NCBI GenBank assembly: GCA_964594735.1
Contig: CAZQMS010000003.1
Location: 30,043-94,042, forward strand
Length of the DNA stretch: 64,000 bases
Direction of reading: 5' to 3'
Source of the DNA: an uncultured Candidatus Saccharibacteria bacterium
GTDB lineage: Bacteria; Patescibacteriota; Minisyncoccia; Phycocordibacterales; UBA2100
Shown: piece by piece, positions 7,903 through 15,678 of the stretch
Position numbering within the stretch: position 1 is the first letter of the stretch
Layout: each line of letters opens with the position of its first letter
The notes under the pieces: model-generated
Told to the model about the DNA's origin: nothing
What the model saw: the letters and a program-made list of their open reading frames with translations, nothing else
Databases searched by the model: none
Made by a program: the position numbers and the translations under genes

Positions 7903-10272
7903 ATGCGCATGGCAAATAACACAACGGCTCGCAAGGGAACGGCGAGCGAGGTAAAGGTTCCCGCATCAGATAGCGCTGCACAGCGTGTGTACAAGAAGTA
8001 TCTCCCCAATATTCAAAAAAGAGACGGCCGCATCGTGCCGTTTGAGTTCGACAAGGTCGTCTCTGCTATCAGGAAGGCGATGATAGCGTCCAACGAGGGC
8101 TCCGAAGACGAAGCGGTTGTCGTCGCACACAAAGTCGCGGGAGAAATGATGCGCATTGCCAAGACCTACAAGAATTTCCTCCCCACCGTCGAGGGGTGCC
8201 AAGACGAAGTCGAGCGACAGCTCATGCTCTCGGACTACGTGACAACTTCTAAGAACTACATTCTCTACCGCGCGAAGCGTGCCGAAGACCGCAGAGAGCA
8301 GGGTTCTGTGCCGGAACACGTCAAAAAGCTCGCCGAAGAGTCGAAAAAGTACTTCAAGAGCAACCCCCTCGGTGAATTCGTCTACCTCCGCACGTACGCG
8401 CGCTGGATAGAGACCGAGCAGCGCCGCGAGACATGGATTGAGACCGTGGACCGGTACATCGGCTTTATGAAAGAAAACCTCGGCAAGAAGCTTACCGAGA
8501 AAGAGTACGCAGAAGTCCGCGAGGCGGTGCTCAAGCAGGAAATCATGCCATCGATGCGCGCGATGCAGTTTGCGGGCGAGCCGGCGCGCAAGTGCAACAC
8601 CTGCTTCTACAACTGCTCCTTCACCGCACCGGTGAAGCTCGAGGACTTTGCCGAGATTATGTACCTCTCGATGCAGGGGACGGGTGTGGGCTACTCAGTA
8701 GAGAGTCAGAACATCGAGCAGCTTCCGCAGATTCAGAAGCAGACTGGCGTGAAGCTCCCGAAGCACGTCATCGCCGACTCCAAAGAGGGTTGGTGCGAGG
8801 CGCTCACACTCGGGCTCAAGACGTGGTATTCCGGCAAGGACATCGAGTTTGACTACTCGATGATTCGACCGGCCGGTTCGCGCCTCAAAACCATGGGCGG
8901 CAAAGCATCGGGTCCTGAGCCCCTCCGCAATCTCCTCGATTTCTCGCGCGAGCGCATCTTGCGCCGTCAGGGACGTCGGCTCCGCACCATCGATGCGCAC
9001 GACATCATCTGCAAAATAGGTGAGTGTGTCGTCGCGGGTGGCGTGCGTCGCTCGGCGATGATAAGCCTCTCCGACCTCGACGACGTAGAGCTCCGCGATG
9101 CCAAGAAGGGGCAGTTCTACCTCACCGACGGTCACCGCGCGATGGCCAACAACTCTGCCGTATACGAGAGCAAGCCGACCAACGCGGAACTCATGGATGA
9201 ATGGGTGGCGCTCATGAAATCGGGCTCGGGCGAGCGCGGAATCTTCAACCGCGGCTCACTCGAGAAGACGATGCCCGTGCGCCGCTTCAAGTACCTCGAG
9301 AAAAAGCACGCGAAAAGCGGCATGAAGGGCTACATCGGGCAGGTGGGTACCAACCCGTGCGGCGAGATCATCCTGCAGTCGAAGCAGTTCTGCAACCTCT
9401 CTGAAGTCATCGCGCGTGCGGGCGATACGGAGAAGACGCTTCTGCGCAAAGCGAAGCTCGCGACGCTCCTCGGCACCTACCAGTCGACGCTCACCAAGTT
9501 CAACTACATCTCAAAGGATTGGCAGGAGAACTGCGAAGCGGAGCGCCTCCTCGGCGTGTCCATCACGGGTCAGTGGGACTGCGAGACAGTGCGCAATCCC
9601 AAGGTGATGCGCAAAATGCGCGACCTCGCGATTAAGACCAATGCAGAGTACGCGAAGCGATTCGGCGTCAATGCCTCGACCTCGATTACGTGCGTGAAGC
9701 CATCGGGTACGGTGTCGCAGACATTTGATTGCTCTTCGGGCATCCACCCGCGTCACTCGCAGTACTACATCCGCCGCGTCCGCATCTCGGCGACCGACTC
9801 GCTCTTCAAGATGGTGCGCGACCAGGGAATCCCGCACTACCCGGAAGTCGGGCAGACGATGGGCGAGGCCAACACCTACGTGCTCGAATTCCCCGTGAAA
9901 GCACCAGAGGGCTCGGTCTACAAGAACGACCTCACCGCGCTCGAGCAGCTTGAGTACTGGAAGTCGGTCAAGCTCAACTTCACCGAACACAATCCGTCTG
10001 CGACTATTTCGGTCGGCGAAGAAGAGTGGGTCGCCGTCGTCTCGTGGCTGCATGAAAACTGGGACATCATCGGCGGTCTCTCATTCCTTCCGCGCGAGAA
10101 TCATGTGTACCGACTCGCTCCCTACGAGACCATCGACAAGAAGCGCTACGAAGAGCTCGCAAAAGCATTCCCGAAAATCGACTACTCAAAGCTCGTCATC
10201 TACGAGAGGACCGACGAGACTGAGCAGAAGAAGGAGCTCGCCTGCGCCGGCGGCACGTGCGAAATAGTCTAA
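7903..10272 (+). CDS. nrdJ: Adenosylcobalamin-dependent (class II) ribonucleotide reductase
   Basis: 789 aa: N-terminal ATP-cone-like segment, large RNR catalytic barrel motifs (GTNPCGEI; NLSEV; VKPSGT), and a C-terminal CAGGTCE redox tail. Confidence 0.9.
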   Translation: MRMANNTTARKGTASEVKVPASDSAAQRVYKKYLPNIQKRDGRIVPFEFDKVVSAIRKAMIASNEGSEDEAVVVAHKVAGEMMRIAKTYKNFLPTVEGCQDEVERQLMLSDYVTTSKNYILYRAKRAEDRREQGSVPEHVKKLAEESKKYFKSNPLGEFVYLRTYARWIETEQRRETWIETVDRYIGFMKENLGKKLTEKEYAEVREAVLKQEIMPSMRAMQFAGEPARKCNTCFYNCSFTAPVKLEDFAEIMYLSMQGTGVGYSVESQNIEQLPQIQKQTGVKLPKHVIADSKEGWCEALTLGLKTWYSGKDIEFDYSMIRPAGSRLKTMGGKASGPEPLRNLLDFSRERILRRQGRRLRTIDAHDIICKIGECVVAGGVRRSAMISLSDLDDVELRDAKKGQFYLTDGHRAMANNSAVYESKPTNAELMDEWVALMKSGSGERGIFNRGSLEKTMPVRRFKYLEKKHAKSGMKGYIGQVGTNPCGEIILQSKQFCNLSEVIARAGDTEKTLLRKAKLATLLGTYQSTLTKFNYISKDWQENCEAERLLGVSITGQWDCETVRNPKVMRKMRDLAIKTNAEYAKRFGVNASTSITCVKPSGTVSQTFDCSSGIHPRHSQYYIRRVRISATDSLFKMVRDQGIPHYPEVGQTMGEANTYVLEFPVKAPEGSVYKNDLTALEQLEYWKSVKLNFTEHNPSATISVGEEEWVAVVSWLHENWDIIGGLSFLPRENHVYRLAPYETIDKKRYEELAKAFPKIDYSKLVIYERTDETEQKKELACAGGTCEIV

Positions 10273-10276
10273 AGAT

Positions 10277-10376
10277 CGTACCCGTGCATATTTTGGAGTA
10301 CTAAATTTTCCTGCTGGGAAATTTCTCGGCTCTCGCGCCGTCGCGCTCGAGAGCCTCCAAAATATGCGCGGGTACG
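10277..10376 (+). repeat. Nested-palindrome element family 2, copy 1 (starts 5 nt after the nrdJ stop)
   Basis: 22-bp outer inverted repeat CGTACCCGTGCATATTTTGGAG / CTCCAAAATATGCGCGGGTACG (1 mismatch) encloses an inner hairpin AAATTTTCC-TGC-TGGGAAATTT and the core CGCGCCGTCGCGCTC, which is shared with the copy at 15538. Confidence 0.55.
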
Positions 10377-10414
10377 TGCCGCCAGCGCAGGCGGAAGAGG
10401 GAAATGGAAAAGGA

Positions 10415-10443
10415 AAAGCCCCAGCCGATTTGGCCGGGGCTTT
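10415..10443 (-). terminator. Rho-independent terminator of the minus-strand small gene
   Basis: On the minus strand: AAAGCCCCGGCC-AAATC-GGCTGGGGCTTT followed by TTCCTTTTCC. Confidence 0.6.
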
Positions 10444-10461
10444 GCTTCAGATAGTGCTCCG

Positions 10462-10716
10462 CTAAATCGTTTCGAGGTCGACGATGTCGTCGGGGCGCTG
10501 CAGTTGGACAAAGGTTACGATTGCCGCCTCTCCGACAGTCTCGTTAAGGTTCTCGAGTTTCTGAACGACGCCGTTTACTCGGAGAACCCCGTAGGAAAAC
10601 TCCTGGCCCTGGAGGCGTGCCTCAAGGAGAATGCGCCGCAGAGTCATTCCTCCATACCCGACTTGTGTGATTTTTTTTGTGGTGCCGTCGAGATAGCTGC
10701 ATTTTACGGTGGGCAT
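10462..10716 (-). CDS. Small beta-grasp-like protein (84 aa; TGS/ThiS-like fold suspected)
   Basis: Strong SD (CAGGAGAAAAGCA-ATG) for the start at 10716, with a terminator downstream. The overlapping antisense plus ORF 10504-10824 is rejected. Confidence 0.55.
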   Translation of the reverse strand: MPTVKCSYLDGTTKKITQVGYGGMTLRRILLEARLQGQEFSYGVLRVNGVVQKLENLNETVGEAAIVTFVQLQRPDDIVDLETI

Positions 10717-10727
10717 TGCTTTTCTCC

Positions 10728-10748
10728 TGTGCAAGTCAGACTTGCACA
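10728..10748. promoter_or_regulatory. Perfect palindrome TGTGCAAGTC-A-GACTTGCACA between the promoter and SD of the 10462-10716 gene (candidate operator)
   Basis: 10+1+10 perfect inverted repeat. A second palindrome TTGACGC-TGG-GCGTCAA lies at 10760-10776 and includes a TTGACG -35-like hexamer. Confidence 0.4.
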
Positions 10749-10807
10749 AGAATGCAACGGTTTGACGCTGGCGTCAAATTTGGTAAAATGTGCCTCTGCA
10801 CTAGGCA

Positions 10808-10906
10808 GTCGCCCCGTGAGATAAGGGCTTCGGAGTTGGCTATTGTTCGGCTTGATAAAGGAATCCGAATACCGGCACCGATTCAGAATCTGTTATCTCA
10901 TGGGGA
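10808..10906. repeat. Inverted-arm element family 1, copy B (GTCGCCCCGTGAGATAAGGG ... 65 nt ... TTATCTCATGGGG); its right arm lies inside the rnpB 5' region
   Basis: Arms match copies A and C. The spacer contains the rnpB P1 5' strand. Confidence 0.5.
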
Positions 10907-11372
10907 GGAAAGTCCGGACACAGGCTTCGCAAGAAGCAGAAAGGTAGCGGGTAACGCCCATCCGCCGCGAGGCGAGAGATGCGAGCAGTGACGCCAACTC
11001 CGAAAGGGGAAGGGTTCCTTCGGGAACAATCATGTCGTAAGGCATGGGTGAAACGGCAAAATTCTTACCCCTGTGCAAGACCGTGACCCATGGGATAATG
11101 CGCTCCGAGTATCTTCGGGTAGCTGCTTCGAGAATGCAGTTCGGAGATGTATAGGTAACCGGAATGCGTTATCCCACGGGTAGAGTCGCTTGAGGTGTGT
11201 GGCAACACACATCCCAGATACATGACGGCCACCGGTTTTGTCTGCCGCAGGCATTTGCAAGGTCGAGAATCTCGAATGAGGTGGGGGACAATCCTTCGCT
11301 CTCGCTCAGGGTCCTCGATTTTGTAGCCACCTGCGGTGGACACAATCGGGACAGAATCCGGCTTATCGGTGC
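10875..11372 (+). ncRNA. rnpB: RNase P RNA (bacterial type A)
   Basis: Conserved blocks GGAGGAAAGTCCGGAC (P4 5' strand), GGTAACGCC, GTAAGG..GGGTGAAACGG and GACAGAATCCGGCTTATCGG (P4 3' strand / 3' end). P1 is GCACCGAT (10875-10882) with ATCGGTGC (11365-11372). A terminator-like hairpin follows at 11380-11413. The 5' boundary is uncertain, and P3 appears very short. Confidence 0.85.
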
Positions 11373-11551
11373 AGAGCAGAGAGCGAAGCAGAGATGCTTC
11401 GCTCTTTCGCTTCCGAATGAGCAAGTCGACTCTGGCACAGCCAAAGAGGGTGCAGAAAACAGACCCCGCGGGGGGTCCGTTTTCATATATGTACTCCACA
11501 GTGCAAACGCGGGGTGGTCGCCTGTTATCGCGTGCTACCATAAATGGCACT

Positions 11552-13825
11552 ATGAATATCCGCCACTATTTGGTGCCAGATGCGATTATTCGCGTATGCA
11601 TGCTCGCGCTCGCCGCGCTCATCCCAATCTTTTTTGTACCCTTCGCATGGGCGACAGCTGTCCAATCCAAACTTCTTCTCGTCGCACTTGTGGTACTCGC
11701 GGCTACGGGCGCGTACGCCTATGCACGCTACCTCGATGGCTCGCTGCGATTTCCTAAAAGCATTCTGGCACTCACGGCGCTCGCGCTCCCCATCATCTAC
11801 GCCGCATCGGCGCTTCTCGCAGGTGCGCCGCCCACATCGTACGTAAGTGGGACGGGCGAACAGGACACTGTCGCGGGAATGGTGCTTCTGTACGCCGTGT
11901 TACTTCTCGGCGCGCTCGCTTTCCAGAATGTGCGCGACTCACTCGTCGCATTTTTCCGCGCGCTCATTGCGGGTTCGCTCGTCCTCATGCTCATCCAGAC
12001 ACTGCACGTCATCTTTCCCGGCTTTACGCTCGGTGTACTCGGTATTCCGACGGCCAATGTGTTCGGTTCGTGGCACGAGGTGGGTATCATGGCAGGCCTC
12101 GGGCTTTTCCTTGCCATTGCACTTGCCAAGACTCATATCGCGGAAGGCGTCTGGAGGTGGGTACTCATTGCTCTCGGAGTTCTCAGCGCGTTCATGCTTG
12201 TGGTCGTGAACATGGTAGATGTGTGGTTCGTCTTTGGCGGACTCCTGATTGCGTACGCTGCGTACAACAAATTTGTTGCGCATCCGAGCGGTGCGCTTAC
12301 GTCCCTGGTTATTCCGGGCGTTCTCGGTATCCTCGCGCTCGGTGCTGGTTTCGCGGCTTCTCAGATATATGAAATCCTCCCTGCGCGCATGCAGGTCCTG
12401 CAGGTGGAAGTGCGGCCTTCATGGCAGGGGACGTTTGCCATCGGTATGGAATCGATACAGGGCACGCGCACCGCACTCCTCGGGAGTGGTCCGAACACGT
12501 TTACGAAACAGTGGAGTCTCTACAAGCCGCTCGGCGTCAACCAGACAGAGTACTGGAATCTCGATTTTTCGAGTGGCATCGGCTCTATCCCCACGACATT
12601 TGTGACCGTGGGAGTGCTCGGCCTACTCGCGTGGGCGGCACTGCTGCTCGCGCTCGTATGGACACTGTGGAGAGCGCTCGTGAGGCGCGCAGAGCGCACG
12701 CCCGTCTTTGAAACGGCACTTCTCGGAGCGACGTATCTCATTGCCTTCCACATTCTGTATGTGCCGACCTTTTCACTCTCTGTACTCACGTTCCTCATGC
12801 TTGGCGTCGTGGCGGCAGCGCGCGGTTCATACGTCTGGCCTGTAAGTTTGACCTATGACACGTGGCGCGTCGCGGTGAGGACTTTCGCGTTCGCGCTCGC
12901 CATACTCCTGTTTGTACTTGGAGCGCTCGCGACAGTGCGTGCAGTCGTTTCAGACTTGCTTGTAAACAGGAGTGCCTACATCTACAACACCGACGCAAAC
13001 GCTGTACGGGCACTATCGCTCGTCCAGTCCGCGTTGGTCATCTACTCCAACAACGATCGCGCGCATCGTGCGGCGGTCGAACTCGGTCTCATCCGACTCG
13101 GAGAATTGGTCGCCTCGGGTGCAACAGATGCGGAGACGACCGCAGCCCTCCAAGCATCGCTCGAGACGACAATCCAGCACGGTCTCACGGCCGTTTCGAT
13201 AAACAACGGCGCGTATCAGAATTGGCTCGCGCTCGCAGGTCTCTACCGCAGCCTCGCGGGTGCGGGTGTCGAGGGGGCCTATGAGAATGCGCGCGATGCG
13301 TACACAAAGGTCTACGAGGGCAATCCCAGCAATCCTATTCCTCTCGTTCAGATGGCGCAGCTCGAATTCGCGCTCGGCAATGAAGAGGCGGCACTCGTGC
13401 TTCTCGGCCAAGCGCTTGAACTCAAAGCTGACCTCGCTGCTGCGTACCTGCTTCGTTCGCAGGTCTATGCCTCGCAGGATAAGAGTGATGATGCGATACG
13501 CGACGCTGCGGCGGTGGTGCAGATTGCGCAGCAAGACGCGCTTGGCTGGTTCAATCTGGGCGCAATTCTCTACGATGCCGAAATCTACACTGACGCGGTA
13601 CCGGCTCTCGAAAATGCTGTTGCACTGCAAAACGATTACGCAAACGCCCTTTTCCTACTCGGGCAATCCTACAGAGAGCTCGGCAGGAATCAGGATGCGC
13701 TCGTAGTGCTTGAGCGAGTCTCCCAGCTCAATCCTTCGGATGCGTCGCTTGAAGGCATTATTGAAGCGGTACGGGCCAGTCTTGCAGCCGAAGATGAACA
13801 AGTAGACGAAGAGACTGCTGAGTAG
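11552..13825 (+). CDS. O-antigen ligase (Wzy_C)-like polytopic membrane protein with C-terminal TPR repeats
   Basis: About 12 TM helices in the N-terminal 450 aa, then Ala/Leu-rich TPR-like repeats. The start was moved to ATG 11552 so it no longer overlaps rnpB. Confidence 0.65.
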   Translation: MNIRHYLVPDAIIRVCMLALAALIPIFFVPFAWATAVQSKLLLVALVVLAATGAYAYARYLDGSLRFPKSILALTALALPIIYAASALLAGAPPTSYVSGTGEQDTVAGMVLLYAVLLLGALAFQNVRDSLVAFFRALIAGSLVLMLIQTLHVIFPGFTLGVLGIPTANVFGSWHEVGIMAGLGLFLAIALAKTHIAEGVWRWVLIALGVLSAFMLVVVNMVDVWFVFGGLLIAYAAYNKFVAHPSGALTSLVIPGVLGILALGAGFAASQIYEILPARMQVLQVEVRPSWQGTFAIGMESIQGTRTALLGSGPNTFTKQWSLYKPLGVNQTEYWNLDFSSGIGSIPTTFVTVGVLGLLAWAALLLALVWTLWRALVRRAERTPVFETALLGATYLIAFHILYVPTFSLSVLTFLMLGVVAAARGSYVWPVSLTYDTWRVAVRTFAFALAILLFVLGALATVRAVVSDLLVNRSAYIYNTDANAVRALSLVQSALVIYSNNDRAHRAAVELGLIRLGELVASGATDAETTAALQASLETTIQHGLTAVSINNGAYQNWLALAGLYRSLAGAGVEGAYENARDAYTKVYEGNPSNPIPLVQMAQLEFALGNEEAALVLLGQALELKADLAAAYLLRSQVYASQDKSDDAIRDAAAVVQIAQQDALGWFNLGAILYDAEIYTDAVPALENAVALQNDYANALFLLGQSYRELGRNQDALVVLERVSQLNPSDASLEGIIEAVRASLAAEDEQVDEETAE

Positions 13826-13839
13826 CGCGCCTGCGCCGT

Positions 13840-15525
13840 ATGATAGCGCTGACGGAACGCGCATTTAAATTTCTCTCGAGTGAGGTGCGGGGTCTACATG
13901 CCGCAGCGTACGTCCTGGCGTCGGCAGCGCTCCTCTCGTCGCTCCTCGCGCTCGTGCGCGACAGGCTCCTTGCCAATGAGTTTGGCGCATCCGCGTTGCT
14001 CGACATCTACTACGCGGCGTTTCGTATCCCGGATCTCCTCTTTGTGGCGACCGGGGCGCTCGTGTCCGTGTACATACTCATTCCCGAACTCGTGAGGCGC
14101 AGCGATAGGGAGCAGCGTGACTATATAGATACGGTCGTGCTCGGGTTTTCTGCGCTTGCGGTGGTGCTCTCTGCGGCGCTAGCTTTTTTCGCACCCGAGA
14201 TCCTTGGCAAATTTTTCCCAGCGTACATAGGGGGTGAGGCGAGTCTCCTTGTCGACATCACACGCATACTGCTCATCCAGCCGATATTGCTGGGCCTTTC
14301 AAACATATTGGCTGGTATCACGCAGGTGAAGCACCGATATGCTATCTATGCGCTTTCGCCGCTTCTCTACAACATCGGCATCATCCTCGGTATCGTGTTC
14401 TTCTACCCAGCATGGGGACTTCACGGGCTCGCCTTTGGTGTGGTACTAGGCGCGCTGCTGCACATGCTCATACAGGTCCCGTCTGCTCTCTCGGACGGCT
14501 TCTTTTTGCGCTGGCCTCGCTTTGTGGAGCCGCGGGCGCTCCTACACACGGCACGAGTCTCAGTGCCGCGTGCGCTCGCGCTCTCGATGAATCAACTTGC
14601 ATTTCTGGGCCTTGTCGCACTGGGCTCCACGCTTACGGTGGGATCGGTCGCGGTGTTTATGTTTGCCTTCAATCTGCATGCGGTGCCACTCGCAATTATT
14701 GGCGCATCATACTCGGTGGCGGCGTTCCCGACACTCGCGCTCGCGCTCTCGCGCGGCGAGAGAAGCGAATTCATCCGACACGTTGCCACCGCTGCGCGAT
14801 ACGTCCTTTTCTGGTCTGTCCCGGCGAGCGCACTCATCTTGGTACTTCGCGCGTACATCGTCCGCGTAATACTCGGCACGGGCGCATTCGACTGGACCGA
14901 TACGCGCCTCACTGCTGCTGTCTTTGCGCTCCTTTCATTTTCGCTCGTGAGCCAGGGAATTATGCTACTTTTGGTGCGCGGATATTACGCTGCGGGTCGC
15001 ACCTTTGTGCCGCTCATCGTGTCGGCGGGCATGGCGCTTCTTACACTCATACTTGCAGTCGTATTCCTGGGTGCATTTGCAGACCCTGGATTTAGAGAGG
15101 GTGTAGAGCAGTTCCTCAGAATAGCGGAGCTTCCCGGGACCAATGTCCTTGCGCTCGCTTTTGCGTTTACGCTCTCGAGCCTTGTTGGTACAGCATTTCT
15201 CGCGTTTCTCTTTGAGAGGAACTTCAAAGGCTTTGCTGCTCTCGTAAGCCCGGCAGTCTATCAGAGTATCGCAGCAGCGGTGTGCGCGGCGGTGGCGGCC
15301 TACGTCACGCTCACTGTCATCGGGATTTTCGCCGATACATCATCGACGCTCTCGGTCTTTCTTACGGGTCTCGGCGGCGGCATCGTCGGTATCTGCGCTG
15401 CGGGGCTTACGTATTATGGCTTTGGAAGCCGCGAATATGCGGAGACGTTTGCCTCGGTGCGCGCCCGGCTCTGGCGTACGCAGCCGAAGGAGGAGGTTAC
15501 GCTTGTCTCCTCGGCGGAAGAGTAA
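13840..15525 (+). CDS. murJ: Lipid II flippase MurJ/MviN
   Basis: 561 aa, 14-TM MOP-superfamily architecture with conserved MurJ N-terminal motifs (NEFG.SALLDIYYAAFRIPDLLF). Confidence 0.85.
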   Translation: MIALTERAFKFLSSEVRGLHAAAYVLASAALLSSLLALVRDRLLANEFGASALLDIYYAAFRIPDLLFVATGALVSVYILIPELVRRSDREQRDYIDTVVLGFSALAVVLSAALAFFAPEILGKFFPAYIGGEASLLVDITRILLIQPILLGLSNILAGITQVKHRYAIYALSPLLYNIGIILGIVFFYPAWGLHGLAFGVVLGALLHMLIQVPSALSDGFFLRWPRFVEPRALLHTARVSVPRALALSMNQLAFLGLVALGSTLTVGSVAVFMFAFNLHAVPLAIIGASYSVAAFPTLALALSRGERSEFIRHVATAARYVLFWSVPASALILVLRAYIVRVILGTGAFDWTDTRLTAAVFALLSFSLVSQGIMLLLVRGYYAAGRTFVPLIVSAGMALLTLILAVVFLGAFADPGFREGVEQFLRIAELPGTNVLALAFAFTLSSLVGTAFLAFLFERNFKGFAALVSPAVYQSIAAAVCAAVAAYVTLTVIGIFADTSSTLSVFLTGLGGGIVGICAAGLTYYGFGSREYAETFASVRARLWRTQPKEEVTLVSSAEE

Positions 15526-15537
15526 AGAGGAGCTCGC

Positions 15538-15629
15538 GGTGGCCGCGGTGGACAGCACGAGATTTTTCTACTGAAAAATCTCTTCACGTTCGCGCCGTCG
15601 CGCTCACGAATCTGTCCACCGCGGCCACC
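15538..15629 (+). repeat. Nested-palindrome element family 2, copy 2 (starts 13 nt after the murJ stop)
   Basis: 18-bp perfect outer inverted repeat GGTGGCCGCGGTGGACAG / CTGTCCACCGCGGCCACC; inner hairpin GAGATTTTTC-TAC-TGAAAAATCTC; core CGCGCCGTCGCGCTC identical to copy 1. Confidence 0.55.
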
Positions 15630-15678
15630 GACTCGCTGGGAGTGTGAAGAGGAAACTTATCTGTTAGGATGACGTGCC

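Noticed and set aside
10504-10824. 106-aa plus-strand ORF
   Set aside because: Antisense to the 84-aa minus gene, which has a strong SD and a proper terminator. Its last codons are simply the family-1 arm sequence (PVR*).
11065-11550. 161-aa minus ORF and several plus ORFs (11197-11757, 11336-11551 part) over the rnpB region
   Set aside because: They overlap the RNase P RNA, whose conserved blocks are unambiguous. The downstream gene's start was moved to 11552.
13013-13630. 205-aa minus ORF inside the O-antigen-ligase/TPR gene
   Set aside because: Antisense to a long, coherent membrane/TPR protein ORF on the plus strand.
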